DNA from: Syncephalis fuscata S228
Lineage: Eukaryota; Fungi; Zoopagomycota
Length of the DNA stretch: 64,000 bases
Reading direction: 5' to 3'
Assembly (NCBI GenBank): GCA_025786725.1
Contig: JAHLTZ010000015.1
Coordinates: 310,001-374,000 of the forward strand
Position 1 is the stretch's first letter; the number at the start of each line of letters is the position of its first letter. The notes under the pieces were generated by a model. The model did not search any database, was not told the origin of the DNA, and saw only the letters and a program-made list of their open reading frames with translations. Shown piece by piece: positions 1-16,100 of this stretch. A program made the translations under genes and the position numbers.

Positions 1-916
1 CACAACCTATTAGCAATTTAGTCTTCTACACGTTAAATACATATGTTTCACTGACTTCCAATAGCGATTTGACGGTCAATTTAATTGCATCCTCGCTTGA
101 CATGTCTTCTTGATGATTCTTTTCCAAAAATTCACGTACTGTCTTTGAGCTACGACCAATAGCATTGGCCTAAATCAATGCGATTTATTAATGTTTATTA
201 TTAGTATATATTTTATTAGTATACATACCTTCCAAGCAGAATAGGTACCGGCTGGATCTGTCTGGTAAAGACGTGGCTGTCCATCAAGATCAAACCAATA
301 ATAAGTGTTGAAATACCAAATGGACGTACACCACCACGCTGTGTATATTTCTATTATTATTATTGTTAATTAATTAATTAATTAGTTTTATTCCATTAAA
401 TCATTGCTATGTAATTGCATTTATTATCATGCCAATTTACCTGTTGAATACCGGCTATATAACGTGAAATATACTCAATGAAACTGGGTCTTCAACTGTC
501 AAACGATGACTTTGGCACTCAACTCGTGCACGATCGACTAGAATACGCGCATCTGCCGTTAATCCTACAACAAATAGTAAGCATTTATTATACATTTTAT
601 TATTGTTTTAATTACTTACCAGCAAATGCCAAGCATACATGGTCATCTAGCTGATAAATCTTGCGCACAGTACGAGGTTCCTGCAATTGAAGAGCCGATT
701 TTTTCTCTACGCCTAACACGACTGCATCCTTGCCACGAACACCAACCTATTATTGTATTGCACACAACAGCTCGTCATCAATACGATTAGATGATGCGAT
801 AGAAATGTACTAACTGCAGTTGTGCCTTTGCGCACCGCTTCCATAGCATACTCCACTTGGAAGAGATGGCCATCAGGCGAGAAGACGGTAAGTGCACGGT
901 CGTATCCACTGGCCAT
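1..916 (-). CDS. PRE6: 20S proteasome alpha subunit (alpha-4/PSMA7 type), multi-exon, runs off the left edge
   Basis: N-terminus [31 protein letters not shown] is the proteasome alpha signature. Later exons (e.g. 620-746, [16 protein letters not shown]) are joined by GT-AG introns. Confidence 0.95.
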
Positions 917-1406
917 TGCGAATAAACTAGATGTGGATTCCTAAATAGATGAACTACAATAAACTAGTATCGAAAACAATACTAAGCAATGCCTGTAGCG
1001 CGTAGATCGGCGACGATGAAGCGAAACGGGAAAAGCAGTATATAGAGGAAAGGTATCGGCTACTATTTCGTTGATGCGGTGAAGTCGGTGACGTACGCAA
1101 ACCACCGTCTATCCGCTCGAAGTAACATCGAGTCAATTAGACTTGAGATTTGATAGTTCTGCTTATCCCCTGCCAATAATAGGAATAGCAAAAACTACTA
1201 AAACTAGAAAGAAAATTTAGACAAAATCATAGCAAATTGGTGAGCCGTCTATTGCTCCACCTCTTTCACCTTTCGCAGATCAGGTCGCCAGGTACGTGTA
1301 TTATGCGGTAATGTCGTTAATTATCGACTATAAACGATATTATACGGCAGAATTGCATTTATACTATTTTTATTTGCATAATGGCTAATTGCTTTATTAT
1401 TGCTAA

Positions 1407-2220
<814 letters not shown>

Positions 2221-2599
2221 AGCGAGAGTAGCACAGCAAGGCATTGGACATGTGTCCATTCTTGTAGATTTGACGGCTAACGGTAGCAGTGCATATCTGC
2301 AATATCTGGTTATGTTCAAATAAACAGAAACTATATTCTACCACATTTGTGTATTATAATTTAATTAATCAGTTATTAATTGTGTGTAATAATAATAATA
2401 ATAGTAATAAAAAATATATTTATAATTTATGCACACTGTAATTTGAAATGTAAAATATTTTTGAATAAAAAAAAGAAAAAATTATCTTTGCCTACTAGAT
2501 CGCTGTCTCGTCTTTACGGATTCCATTGGTTCTTTGTAGCAGTGAACCTACTTTTATTTCTATTTTATTACTGCTATTATTAGTAATACACTAACGAGT

Positions 2600-5343
2600 A
2601 TGGCAAAAAAGAAGACAAACACGACAGCCAAGACACCAGCTACAGCTGTTGCTGCGGTGAAAAAGCCGGTAAAAGCAGCAAAGAAGGCTGAAGTTGTACC
2701 CGACGCGGTAATGACAACGACCGTAACTATGGCCAGCGATGTGCCAGTTGCTGAAAAGGCACAAGAAACTGCAGCACGTCGTAAGCGAGGCCGTGAACAA
2801 TCTGCAGCACGTAATAAGTTTCTAGAACAAGATGAGGAGCTGGCTCAAGGTATATTTGGCTCAGCAGTTGGTTTGGATATGAATTCGGACGAAGAAGAAG
2901 AGCTTGAGGAGGAAGAAGAGGATCAGAATGACGCAGATGCCAATGAAGCTGACGATGCTAGTAGTGAAGCTGCTGCCGATTCAGACGACGAAACAGATAG
3001 TGAGGCTGGTTTCTACGAAGGCAGTGAAGACGATGAAGACGATGATGATGATGACAAAGTAAAAGATAACGACAACGATGAATTAACACCGCCAGGTTTG
3101 GATCCAGCTTTAAATCCACTACGTGGTGTTATTTGGCCAGAAATAGATGCTGTACCGGATAGTGATTCAGAAACCGAACAAGCTGGCTTAAATACAGTTG
3201 GTAAAATTCCAATGGAATGGTACAAGGATATGCCGCATATTGGCTATGACTTGGACGGCAAGCCAATTATGAAATCGGGCGTGTCAGATGAACTTGACAA
3301 GTTTCTGGCCAATGTTGACGATCCTAATACGTGGAAGACGGTACGAGATGAACTTGAACAGCAAGATGTAGTTCTATCGCCAGAAGATCTTGAGGTTATT
3401 CAGCGTATGCAACAAGGACACTTTCCTGATGCCAACTACAATCCATACGAGGTAAGTTGCAACTAATATAACTATTCTATTTGATACTTATGCCATTAAT
3501 TAGCCATTGGTCGAGTTCTTTTCGAGTAAAACAAGTATTATGCCAGTAACAGGCCGTGATGAGCCAAAACAACGATTTATTCGGTCCAAATGGGAAGCAC
3601 AGCGTATTATGCAACTAGTACGCTACATTAGACACGGTGTTATTCGTCGTGATAAGCATAAGGTAGTGCCACCACGCTTCTTTGATTTATGGACCGATGC
3701 ACCAGAAGAAGCCACTGGACATCAGCCACAGCATTTACCAGCACCTAAATTGGCATTACCTGGCAATGAAGAGTCGTATAATCCACCTGAAGAATACTTG
3801 CCGAATGAAAAGGAACGCAAAACATTTGAACGAACTGAACCAAGCGAAAGAAAGCAGCAATGGCTGCCACAAAAATTCTCTGCATTGCGACATGTACCTG
3901 CTTATGAACATTTTATTCAAGAGCGATTCGAACGTTGTCTTGATCTTTATCTTGCTCCTCGTGCTCGTAAAAATCGTATTGATGTTGATCCAGAGTCGCT
4001 TATTCCACAGCTGCCCGATCCAAAGGATTTGGAGCCATTCCCTACTCGCACATCAATTATTTATAATGGTCATGAAGGCCGTATTCGTGGCTTTTCGTTG
4101 GATGCATCCGGCCAATGGATGGTATCAGGATCTGACGATAAGACGGCACGGCTTTGGGAAGTGGCTACCGGTCGTTGTATGGCCGTTTGGCAGCTTAATG
4201 AGATTGTGGAACATGTAGCTTGGAATCCAAGTCGCGATATTTCCCTATTGAGTGTTGCAGCGTAAGTTGATATTTAATATTTACTAAATTAACTAATTGC
4301 TAACTTTCTTTTAGTGGTAATAAAGTATTTCTAATCTGTCCTAAACAGCTTTGGGATAGTGAACGTCAATTAAATACGCAAAACTTAATTTCAACTGGAT
4401 TTGCACAAGCTGCTGCTATCGATTCTGATGAAAGTAAGTATATAATTAGTTTATTACCAACTTGTAGTTAATCAACAATTATGTTATAGTACTTGCTTGT
4501 CGATGGGATAAACCAAATAATGAGCAAGCAAGTCAAGGTATTTTGGCAGTTTTAGTTCATCAAAGGGTAAGTTTATTGGCGTATTAATTATTTAAATAGC
4601 GATGTTACTAATACTAATTAATATTTATTTGTTTGTAATTAATAGGATGTAAAACAAATTGCCTGGCATCGCAAGGGCGACTATTTCTCCACTATTCAGC
4701 CAGAAGGTATACAGCTATTTATACAAATGATTAACTACTAACTACTCACTGCCAATTACCACTTATAGAGGTCGATGCTCCTGTGCTTATTCATCAACTG
4801 GCCAAACAGCAAACACAGCGACCATTCCGACGCACCAAAGGTGTTATTCAACGCGTTTCATTTCATCCAACAAAGCCACTTTTCTTTGTGGCTACACAAC
4901 GCTACGTTCGTATCTACAACTTGCAGAAACAAGCCTTGGTCAAGGCGCTGCAATCGAACGTCAAATGGATCTCCAGTATGGATATTCATCCACAGGGCGA
5001 CAATCTGCTTATTGGCAGTTACGACAAACGCGTCTGCTGGTTCGACCTTGATTTGTCAGCACGTCCTTACCGTACACTTCGCTACCACAAACAAGCAGTA
5101 CGTGGTGTGGCTTACCATCATCGCTATCCGCTATTCGCCAGCTGTGGTGACGATGGTAATCTTCATATCTTCCACGGTATGGTGTACAATGATTTCTTGC
5201 AGAATCCACTTATTGTACCTGTACAAATTCTGCGTGGACATAAGGTCGAAGAAAGTCTTGGCGTGTTGGCATGTCAGTTCCATCCTACACAGCCATGGCT
5301 CGTCTCGGCCGGTGCCGATGCTACATTGCGTTTATGGTGTTAG
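2600..5343 (+). CDS. ERB1: Ribosome biogenesis protein ERB1/BOP1 (PeBoW complex, WD40)
   Basis: [38 protein letters not shown] and C-terminal WD repeats ending [20 protein letters not shown]. About six exons. Confidence 0.96.
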
Positions 5344-5980
5344 TTGTGCACTATTTTCCGTCGAGAATAGACATGTTAAGAGAGTATTGCGTTGATTAAA
5401 ATTTTACTTGAAATAATCATACTATCATATAATAATAGCAGTAATATCAGCAATAAATGGTAAATGGGATGTAGTTGGTTGATTATGAGGGAAAGAGATG
5501 ATGGTTGGTATATGTTACAAGAAAAGAAAATCACGAATAGGTGAATATTCTTTTTTTGGTGTTGGAGTCGTTGAAAATGTACTGGTGGTTAGATAGATAG
5601 AGATAGATGGATAGAGAAACGGAAAATGTAGCATCTAGTGCCACATAGACACACGCGCACATACACAAGTATTGCTGTTTCCATTAAACATCCTAAACAA
5701 AATGAGACATTAAGCCACACCTGTCCACAAACAACAAAGCGAGAAAACAAACCAACCAACCAGCAAACGGGCTAGTTAGTCAACTAATTGGCCGTTAACT
5801 GGCTGGCTAGCTGGCTAGTAAGCAAAAAGAAAATAGAATAGGAAAAGGACTGGCATCGTGCACACAAGGGCAACGAGCTACGTGTCCTAATCCAACGTCA
5901 TTAATACGTTAAAATATCTCGATGCTACTCAGATTAAATAGCAGCCTCTATTTCGTTTAACCGGTCATCTTCCGGATAAG

Positions 5981-7088
5981 TCATATCGTGCATAGGATGA
6001 AGATAGGGATCATATGTAACAGATGATCTGGTTGTTGCATGCCTAATAGAGCGTGGGCCGCCTAAGATTAAATAAAATAAAATAATAAAATAAATAATAA
6101 AATAAAAAATTAATACATTAAATAAGACTGTCTATTCATGATCTACAATTATTTCATACCTCCATCATTTGTACTTGTTGTCGACGAGGTAAACCAAATT
6201 GTACGGCAAATAACCAGCTTGGATGGTGTTCCCATCGATGCTATAATTACTAAGAATTAGCAGATATTATGCTAATTTATCTAAAAAAATTACCGTTACT
6301 AGTGGTGCCCGATTAATATATTTTTTGCCACAAAATTCACATCGAAAACTAGCATTTCTAGGTGCTCGTCCCGATAATGCAAATTTCATTTGGCCCGAAC
6401 CAGCCAAACCGATGGACTGTGCGCCATATGACTCGTGTTGCAAATGAAGTTGCTGAGCATGTAGGCTATGGCCATGGCCATTGGTATTTTTATTGTCATC
6501 AATATGACCAACATCATTACTGTCGTCAATTAGCATATAGGCATTGGCCAACACAGTATCAGTCGTATCGTCGTCGACCAAGTCGGTTGAAAGTGACGAC
6601 TTGATCGTGGATCGTCTGGGTCGTCGAGGGGATGACGGCGACGACGATACGTGGATTTCGACTGATATTGCCGTGGGCATTGGTTCATGCATTTCTAGTG
6701 GTGTAGGCAATGCTACATCGTCGGCTGAGTAGGGTGGTGTCGTGTCGGATTCATTTGAAGATGCTACAATATCAAAGCTATCAGCTATAGATACTGTAGC
6801 ATCGGTATCTTCGTCAAAACTATCCATACCGGCAAAGACAGATGCACCCATAATATCTCTTGAGTTGCGAGGTCGTCGTGCGCGATTAAATGGATAATGG
6901 TTTGGTGCGTCCTTGCGTTTACGAAGACCGGAGCGGTGTGATTCGGCAGCGGCAGCCGTATCAGTGCTGGCGGCCAACGCTTTTAGTAGCCGTTCTCGGT
7001 CGCTACCAACGTCTTCTTCGCTTTCTGGTGGTGGTGTAGGACTAACAACGCCGGGGGACTGGACGAGTAGCAGCGTTTCTTGTGTCAT
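5981..7088 (-). CDS. C2H2 zinc-finger protein, three exons
   Basis: FRCEFCGKKYINRAPLVT spliced to HRWEHHPSW...RRQQVQMME and AAHALLGM, a fungal C2H2 motif with a QQVQxxEAA tail. The 3' end is uncertain: one frameshift would extend it to about 5934. Confidence 0.75.
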
Positions 7089-8196
7089 GCCGTATTTTAT
7101 GGCAATCGTTTTTAAAAAAAGTGAATATGTAAAATAATGTGGTTGCGGAGCTGAATTGCAAACGGATAGCCAAATATAATAATATAATTATTGTAATTAT
7201 CGTAGCAATAATAAAATATTTCAAATTATTATTTAGCAGGCGCCAGTGAGTGCCCACAACCAAGGCCAATAGAAAAACAAAAATAACAGCTTTTCAAGAG
7301 AGAGTAGCAGATTTTTTAAAATAAAATACGAGTCTACGTGGAAATTGTTGTGTTGTAGGCAAACTAGTATTTTTTGGAGGAATTTCAACGGTTACCGACA
7401 AATATGCCGGCTTGTAGGCTGTCGTGTAGACGTATGCAAAGATACACAAAGGGTAATATGAACGTCTAAGGAGGCAAAACGGTTCGGCGCTGTAGCAGTG
7501 TCAAACCAGTGTCTATCGGATAGAAGAAGTCGCGCTAATTCAAGAGAGATGTGGCTGTAGTAAGAGTAATTGCCAAGGTTTAAAAATGAACCGCGTGAAA
7601 AGACCAAGTTGCAAAAACGAAAACCATGAATTATCAAGTAATTTAAGAAACTATTTTAACACCACGCGGTGTGTATTCAATGTTACTAATTATTGTAATT
7701 CTATATATAACGCCACTAATTACTATGGTTATCCTTGTCTTAGAGATTAAACAGTATGACAATTAAGTGTAATAGTGCTTTTTATAAAGCTTATTCGCTT
7801 TTTCTACACCCAACGTGTATATTGTGTAAGCCATGTATATTTGTTATTTACAGATTTTATTTTGCTCTATTTATAAATAAATTTACGTGTTTATAATTCA
7901 TATAAATGTGAATTGTTTGTAAAATGAGAATAATTAATACATTTACTATTTCAATATATATTTACAACATTATTATACATTAACGTAATTCATAAAGTAA
8001 CAGACAACTTTGATCTATTTGTATATAGCGTGTGTATTTGTGTTTTATTGATGCAACTATCAAGGCCTAGCAATTATATAGACGGCAAAGACCGACGACA
8101 TCACATGTTGATGCAACAAATCAGCAATGCTCACACTTGTCCTAGAGCTAGAAAGAAAGAGTGAGGAGGCAAAGTGGGCTTTGGCTGTTTACGCTT

Positions 8197-8952
8197 TTAC
8201 ATAGTCAATTCCTATCAATTAATAAATGGAAAATATTCGTTAATTAGTGTCGTATATTTAAACTTAATTATAAATAATTAAACTTACCATAATGGCATTG
8301 ACAATGTCGTTGTCATTGTTCTTAAGCGCCTTGACGGCCTTGTTGCGAGACACGCCAGTCTGTTCCATGACTAGCTTGATGTCCTTATCCTCAACACCGG
8401 TAGCATCGACTTCCTCCTCATCAGCGTCATCTGGAGTACCTTCCAAAGCGGGGGCGTCCTGGGCAGCTTCCTGGGCCATGCGCATCTGCTCAGCGGCCAT
8501 AGCCTGGGCCTGGGCGTTCATATCTTCGACCTTGGTCTCACCGAAGACGATGTAGGTGTCGGAGTTGACGCTCTTGTAAACATCAGGGCGAGAGACAACA
8601 AAGTGAATCTGGACGATGATTAAAACAAAACATTATATTAATAAACGTAAATAATTTGGTGCATCAATTATATACTCTGTAGTATTTTCTCTAATATACC
8701 CATTCCTTGCTAGCAAATACTTACGTTGCGTTGACGGCGAAGGACAACACGGGTAATACCTGGAACTGGCTTCAAACCGAGCTTGGCCATAGCCTTGCGG
8801 GCTTTCTTCTCGCCACGGTTTTGTACGTGGCGGTGACCAGCATGATCGTGGTCGTGCTCGTGGTCGTGCTCCTCGGCCGACTCGTGGTCGCTGGTCACCT
8901 CTTCGATGGTGGCCTCCTGGACCTCAACCTGCTTTTGTTCAACTTCGGTCAT
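8197..8952 (-). CDS. EGD2: Nascent polypeptide-associated complex alpha subunit
   Basis: [25 protein letters not shown] (NAC domain) and a UBA tail [20 protein letters not shown]...DIVNAIM/ELTM*. Confidence 0.96.
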
Positions 8953-10598
8953 AGTCTAAGTCGAAGAATCCCGAGCAATGATGCAGCAGCAATAATAATG
9001 ATATAATAATATAATAATATAACAATAATAACAAATGGTAAGTCACAGTAAACTACTCATATATCTATTATATTCCATATCGAACGATAATAACAAGTCC
9101 AACAATACATTACATACAAAAGATAGATGTAAAGTATAGGTTGTATATATTAACAGCGATTGTAATAATAACAATAAACTGATAATAACATTCCGCTTTA
9201 CACGTACACTATCTATTGTTATTTAGCTACATTATTAAAAGTTAAGTAGCAATTCTGTAATGTCTTAGTCTTCATCAGGATAAAGTCAGTTTCCTGTGTT
9301 GACAACACGTCATCTATCCACCTCTCTCTCTCTCTATCTAATAGTATCATTCTGGTTTATAGATTGTTGCTTATCTGCTCATTTATCCATCCATCCATCC
9401 ATCTGTCTATCTCTACTCTTCCTTTGTATCTTCACCACCCCGATAGATTCTACTCACAACAGATGAAATGTCGGCTTATAATAAAGAGACAAACGGTGTG
9501 GATGAGCGTTGGTGGGCGCGAATGATGGATTGTCCGTGTCGATGTGCACGCCATCACTCGTCCCATCAATCCACACACACACACACACACAAATTTAATA
9601 ATTAGAATTATCATTGTCAATGATAGTATATAATGACTGTGCAAGTTATTTACTATTATATTCCATCAAGCCAGACATTTGTTGTATTTTATCAGTACTA
9701 ATAGCATTATTAAATATAAAATAATCAATTGCAGTAGCTATTATAAAAGTCATTGGCTTGTTCTTCAATTGTATATTATAGCTATCCATAGTAAACTTAC
9801 GTATAGTTAATTATTTAAATTGATCCTTTTCTACACATGTATAATTTTACTTTTGAATAATGTATAACATTTAGCAGAAATAATCCTTAGTTAAAAATAC
9901 TGTTACATTTTAATAATATTAATATAGTACTATTAAGTATATTTATAAAAATGAATTAACATTTTTTGTAATTATTGATAGTTGCAACTGTTTATAAATA
10001 GATAAAAGTATTCAAGTAAATCCACTTGTTCATAAGTTATAAAATATTAATATTAAAGCGTAAATAATAAGTAAATTTAATAACACTCCTATTGCAACGT
10101 AACACTGTTAATGGTTCTTTAATATTATACAAAGAAATGTGTAGTCACGGCACATACTCACAACAGAATACTGCCACTTAGTGTATAGTTAAACAGCAAT
10201 TATTGTGACACATAGCAAGCAATAAACAAAAGAACGAGTAAAAATCAGATGTACGTCATGACAGAATGAAATAAAAAAATACCAATGTTTTCGTTCCATT
10301 GATTGTAGCATACAAATGAAGCAGTATCAAAATAAAGGAATACATTATTCGCTATTGTTGTTGTAATTGTAGTGGGTGTGGTTATTTTAGTATTCAATAT
10401 ACGACCATATTCTATGTTGCCACCTTATTAGCAGTGCTAGTATCTAGCTATAGAATATAATCAATAATGGTGACGACGATTTAGGCCGAGATGTAATTCC
10501 AGTTAAACAAGAATAGTTTTTTTCAATCATTTGTCATTAATATCTAATGGTACATCATTTAAATTCGCTTGTTTTACGTTTCTCTCTCTCTCCTGTCT

Positions 10599-12135
10599 TT
10601 AGCCAAACCATGAACGTCGCTTGACCCATCCATTTAAATTGGAAATGCCATTTTCCGACGTCTCTAGAAAGCCTGTAACACCGCCGAGAACATTGGTGAA
10701 TTGCTGGTTCATGATTTGACGGTCCGTGACGTGCGTGTTCATTTTGATAGGAATTGCCAGGAAGACACGTGTCATTTGAATGGTAAGTCGTAGTCGACCT
10801 AGTACATCGAAATAAGATAGTGAACGTAATTCTTGTTGGATTTCGTAAAGCCGCATAACTTCAAACTTGGCTACACTTAGATATTGGCCGGCCACTGTAA
10901 AATGTAATGCAATGGAAATGATTAGAAGATATAATAGCAGGATAAATAACGGTGTTCAATGATTTACTACGTACCAAGAGCAACATCACGAATTTGGTGG
11001 AAAAAACGACGAGCCGAGTCTTTGTTAATGGCCAGTTCGGGGTTTTGTGAATTTAAGAATTCTATAGCACAAATCATGTGTGTTAAATGATGATTGTTAT
11101 ATAGAATACGCTACAATACTTACCAACAATCTGTAATAGATTATCAAAGTCACCGGCCATAAATTCGGAAAAGAACTAAATAACAAACGGGTACATAGTT
11201 AGTAGCTATTTATCGATAATAAATACTGCTGCTTACTTGAGCCAAAGCGTTAGATAGTGTCTCTTCGCTGTTATGTGAATGATAACGACGGCCACTAACG
11301 TCGTAGTCTCGTCGACGTGATGGGTTGGATAACGTTTCGTATGCAGAGGAAAGTTCTATAGAATACCAAAATACAAGTTTAGCCAAAAATGCTAATTATG
11401 CTTAATATTGTATCAACTTACTCTGAAAAGCTTGTGTAGATGACTCGCTGTTGCGCATCTTATCCGGATGAATAACCCGACTTCTCTATTGGCAATACAT
11501 GGTAAGTATGGCACATCAAATAAACTATATCTTTATTGTATTGTACAGGTAGTATACTTACCGAAATATAGGCACGGCGAATTTCATTTTGTGCACAGCT
11601 ACGCTCCAAGCCAAGAATCTGATAAAAGTCATTCTCAGCAAGGATTTGCTCGACCATGGCTATGCGATCTTCCATTTCGATACGACCACCAGCATCGTAG
11701 CTACTGGTAGCTGTCTCGGTTGGCTGCTTAGTAGTAGTCGAGGCCGTTGCATCGGTGCCTGTATATAAAAATAGATACAAAAAACGTGTTATTAGTCAAC
11801 TGAATAAATATGGTTACATCACTCCATAACCGGCCACTACATCACATCCACACAATGCACGCACCGCCTTCCATGTTGGGAAAGGTAGTTGACGAGGCTG
11901 ACGTAGAGTCATCAGCATTGGTAGTGGTGCGGTAATCGCCGTCGACAGGACTGTCGTGTTTAAGAGTGCTATCGTTCGTACCAGTAGTAGCCGTGGCAGC
12001 CGCGGACGAGTCGTAGGTGGTCGGAGCGTTGCCGGAACGCTGGTCATCGGAAAACAAACCGCCAAAACGGAAAAAGGACGTCATACTAAAGACATCAAAC
12101 GGGCTGTATGTTGCAGTAGGGCCGTGGGCAGACAT
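10599..12135 (-). CDS. DnaJ/J-domain protein, multi-exon
   Basis: DFYQILGLERSCAQNEIRRAY spliced to RSRVIHPDK (HPD motif), then AYETLSNPSRRRDYD. Confidence 0.85.
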
Positions 12136-13128
12136 CGATTGTAATAGCGCAGCGACAGAAATCAGTTAAAAAGATAATCGTCAGTAAACGTCAAAATGAA
12201 CGTAAAAGCAAAGCTAGCGTTTTCTTGAAGTGCAAATGCGTAGCAGATAAGCAGTAAATGCAAGCGAAAAAAGTAAATAGTCTACTTTAATCGTTCGGAC
12301 AAAAGATGGCGCGACTTAATATAGCGGCTCACGGAGTAAATGGCAAGCCAAGGGCTGCCAATTATACAATTTTCCGCTTGTTTCATCAACGTGGCAGGAC
12401 ATGGAAAAATGCGATCCATTTTGCCATGTTGGTTGGAAACAGCACTTAACTGCATAATCACATGCCAGAAAAAGATAGGAAAGGCGACGGAGACAGCTTT
12501 GTCATTTGAAGAAAAAGTGTGGATGCCTGCAAGTTAAGGCAAAGCGCGTTACATCTGTGAAAAAAACAAGGCAAATTTGCTATTATTTGTAACTATCGTA
12601 GTTCAGATAACTACAGAAGTGCGTCAGAAAACGGGCACGGAAAAGAACAAGGCAGAGCACACCAATAAATGGATTTTGCCAGCAATAGCAACCGAAAATG
12701 CATGTAAGTAGGAGATACACGTGGAACCAACAGCAAACACTTGTAAATCGATTGCATATGCATACTAGTGCGGTAAATAAGAATGTAAAAGCGGTATGAA
12801 AATAAATAGTATGGTTGAAATTGAATGTGATAAATATAGCGTATAAATTATTGGGACTTTTTATGCCAATACAATCAAAGTAAGCAGAATAGCAATAGTC
12901 GAAACTATTAAAAAGAAAGATTGGCCATAGGCGTGTATAACCTTATGTGCAACCGTATTAATAACGATGTTAATAGTAACGATAGAATGTGCATAAGGCA
13001 GCGCAACATATCATTAGCACCTTTGATCAATTTAATTAATAATTAGTCAGTTTGCATATGACTTATTTGATCCCATCAAGACTGTATAATAAACAAAAAA
13101 TGGTGTATATACATAAATTAATGTATAC

Positions 13129-13163
13129 AATAATAATAATAATAATAATGATAATAATAATAA
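13129..13163. repeat. (AAT)n microsatellite
   Basis: Direct trinucleotide run with one interruption. Confidence 0.8.
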
Positions 13164-16100
13164 AATATAACTATATGTTTGCAATCCTTATAGTATTGCT
13201 ACACGCCATCTATCAATGTAGATTGTAGTTGTATATAACATACTAGTATCCATTACAGCTATAACACTTACCAAAGCTAAAGAATTAAATTATCGGCTTG
13301 CTAATGCTATAATGCCGATGAGTTTAACCGAAAGGCTATTGCACAATCCGATGGCTTGGCCAATAAGTATGCTAGACACAGATGATAAGTCACAAGTAGG
13401 CCGAGAGTAAAAGACCTAGTCACATGTAACAAAAGACAAATCAGCAGGAGTATATTATTACGCAACATAGATATAAATAGCCAAGAAAGTGACAAGTAAT
13501 GCAAATAAAAACAAAAAACAACTACAGACATAGAATATGTAAATGCGTATTTCGATCGTAAAAGTCAATTATCAGTGCTAACCAATGCTGTGGCGCCAAT
13601 GCGACCGTCAGCGTGCTTAAAAGCCAGTTGCGACTGTTTATACATAAAACCGTACTGCATTCCATTTAGATCCCAGATCCCTGCAGCCATACCTTACAGA
13701 CGCGCTTTAGTAACCAAGTGTACCACAGTCCTGCAAGAACAACGTCGATTTAAAGGTGAACGAAATGACAACGAGAACTATTAAGATATTGTGAAGTAAA
13801 ACGCAGATACGTATGAATAAGCGATTACGACAAGCTCACCAACGATAATAACAACAACAACGAACAAATGCACGAATGAATAGAGCGCACGGCAAAGAAA
13901 CGGCTAACTACACCGATGAGACTTTAATGTAGACGGCGACAGTAGTAATCCGTAATAGTCGAATCACGAAGAAGGAAAAGTGGCGTTAAAAGGTCAAGGC
14001 ACCGCCACACGGAACGACGACTACACACGCACACAAATACACACATTATACACACACACACTCACTCACAAGCAAACATACGCACAAGCACGCACACACT
14101 GTTTTGCCTAAGGGGTATATATAGGTGTATACATACCAGCATAAATGTAGGATAGATTCAACTAGAACATAAGAACCAATACTATACAACATGAATAAAG
14201 GAGAGAAAGCATTGAAGGGAGGATAACTGTTGCTATTGCTGTTACTATCGCTGTCTATTAAGAATATCCATAAGCATGGAAACTTGGTAGGAGAGAAAAG
14301 ATTTAAACAGCATAAGCTTTGTAGCAATGCAGTAAATTTATACACACATATATATATATATATTCGCACAATCTATCCATTAATGATGCGCAATCATTCA
14401 TACTATAGCTATACTCGCTTAATTCGCCAGCTACTTACTCGACAATAATCCAATAGTTTAACGAAATAGTATATTTTAAAAGTAAATGAAAAAGACTTGT
14501 GTAGAAATGGCCAGTTCATTACGAGTGCTATTAACACGTGATAGAAGGATGTAAAGGGGTGGATTGAATAGGCCAATCAATTTATTCACTTTCACATGTC
14601 ACGACACGCCAATACCTATCAATTGTTGTCATCGCTTCCGAACTTGTTAGATTGATCAGCGTTGCTGTTAGCATATGATCATAGTCATGAGCCTGGCTAG
14701 TCCTAGTTGTACGGTACTCACGTGGACAGCCAGCAGTTAATAAATAGATTATTGGTAATGGCGATACAGATACAATAGATAAGGATACACAGTAAAAGAA
14801 TAAATCGTTGGTACGACCATCATTAGCTTAAATAAATATTAGAGTATTAGTTGTGTTGATACTGTTATATAATTAGAATAAAATAGTAATGATAGTAATG
14901 GTATTTATAATATAATATTTATAGTATAGTAATATTAATATCAATAGTAGTAATACTAAATTGATAATAATAATTATACTATAATTTACTGATAATAATA
15001 ATGTACGACATCAATCACGGAAAACTGATACACATTTAAAACAAAACAAAAGTAAATACTAAATTGAGTGATTGGCTTATTGAAATTAACTAATACTGTG
15101 GTACTTGTAGATCAGATCATCATTACATGGCTTAGTTCTTGTCGCCTACTCATCCATCTGCCCTTGCAATATATCTTTTACTAGTTAAATCTACTCTTTT
15201 TTTGTTATTAATTATAGTTATTAATGCTACACGCTATACGTTCTAATATATATAAAAATGATTGATGATATACTACACTATAGCTTGTATGCATGTACTA
15301 ATAGCAACTAATTCATAGCAAGTCATTTCAAAGGCTTTGAATAAAACAAGCAATACATGAGGCTGAATGTTGATTCGTTCCAATCAACTATGACTGCGTG
15401 AAAATAATGCCCGCCCTTTCTCCCTCTCTCTCTCTTACTCTCTCTGCTACACATGCGGTTTTCTATGACAGACATCTGTTATGCTGATATCGCTATGATA
15501 ATCACTATACTCTTCATTTATAGTCAATAGATACTTTTATACCCATCATTAAGCATCTATTCGGAATTTTAATTATGCGGAGATATAAAGTTTGCAATGG
15601 TCACTACTTGCCTACTGTAGCTAACTTTATTGCTGTGCTGCTGAATTAAATCAATCTTTTTATCACACCTTGAACAGAATTCCCTTTTTAACCACCAAAC
15701 ACGCATATATCGTCATCTTTCCTACCAGAGTTACACGCCGGTGAATGTCAAAGGCATCTGTGTACTTGCACTGCCCCTTGTTGATTCATTTACTGTCTGT
15801 CCCTGCTCTCTCTCTCTCTCCACGGTGTTCCTCTCCCTTCCCCCTCTTCTTTCCCTCCCCTTTGCTTTTGGTGGCTGGCACCAATCGACGAAGCCGTTGA
15901 CCAACAAATCGACCAACCAGCAATTGAGCACGTTGGTATAGGCCGTGGCGGTAGTAGCTGTGTTTCTATACTTCTCCATTCACGCGGTTCTTTGCTATCG
16001 CGTCACTCTTTATCTCTTCTTATTCACTTCCTTATTGCTAGCCCACCTTCGCTCTTCTCTCTTTCTCTTACTCCATATACGACAGACGTTTCGTCTTCCT

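Noticed and set aside
14781-14788. GTATCCTT on the minus strand (similar ATATCCTTT near 35740)
   Set aside because: Intergenic with no exon context; expected by chance in AT-rich DNA.
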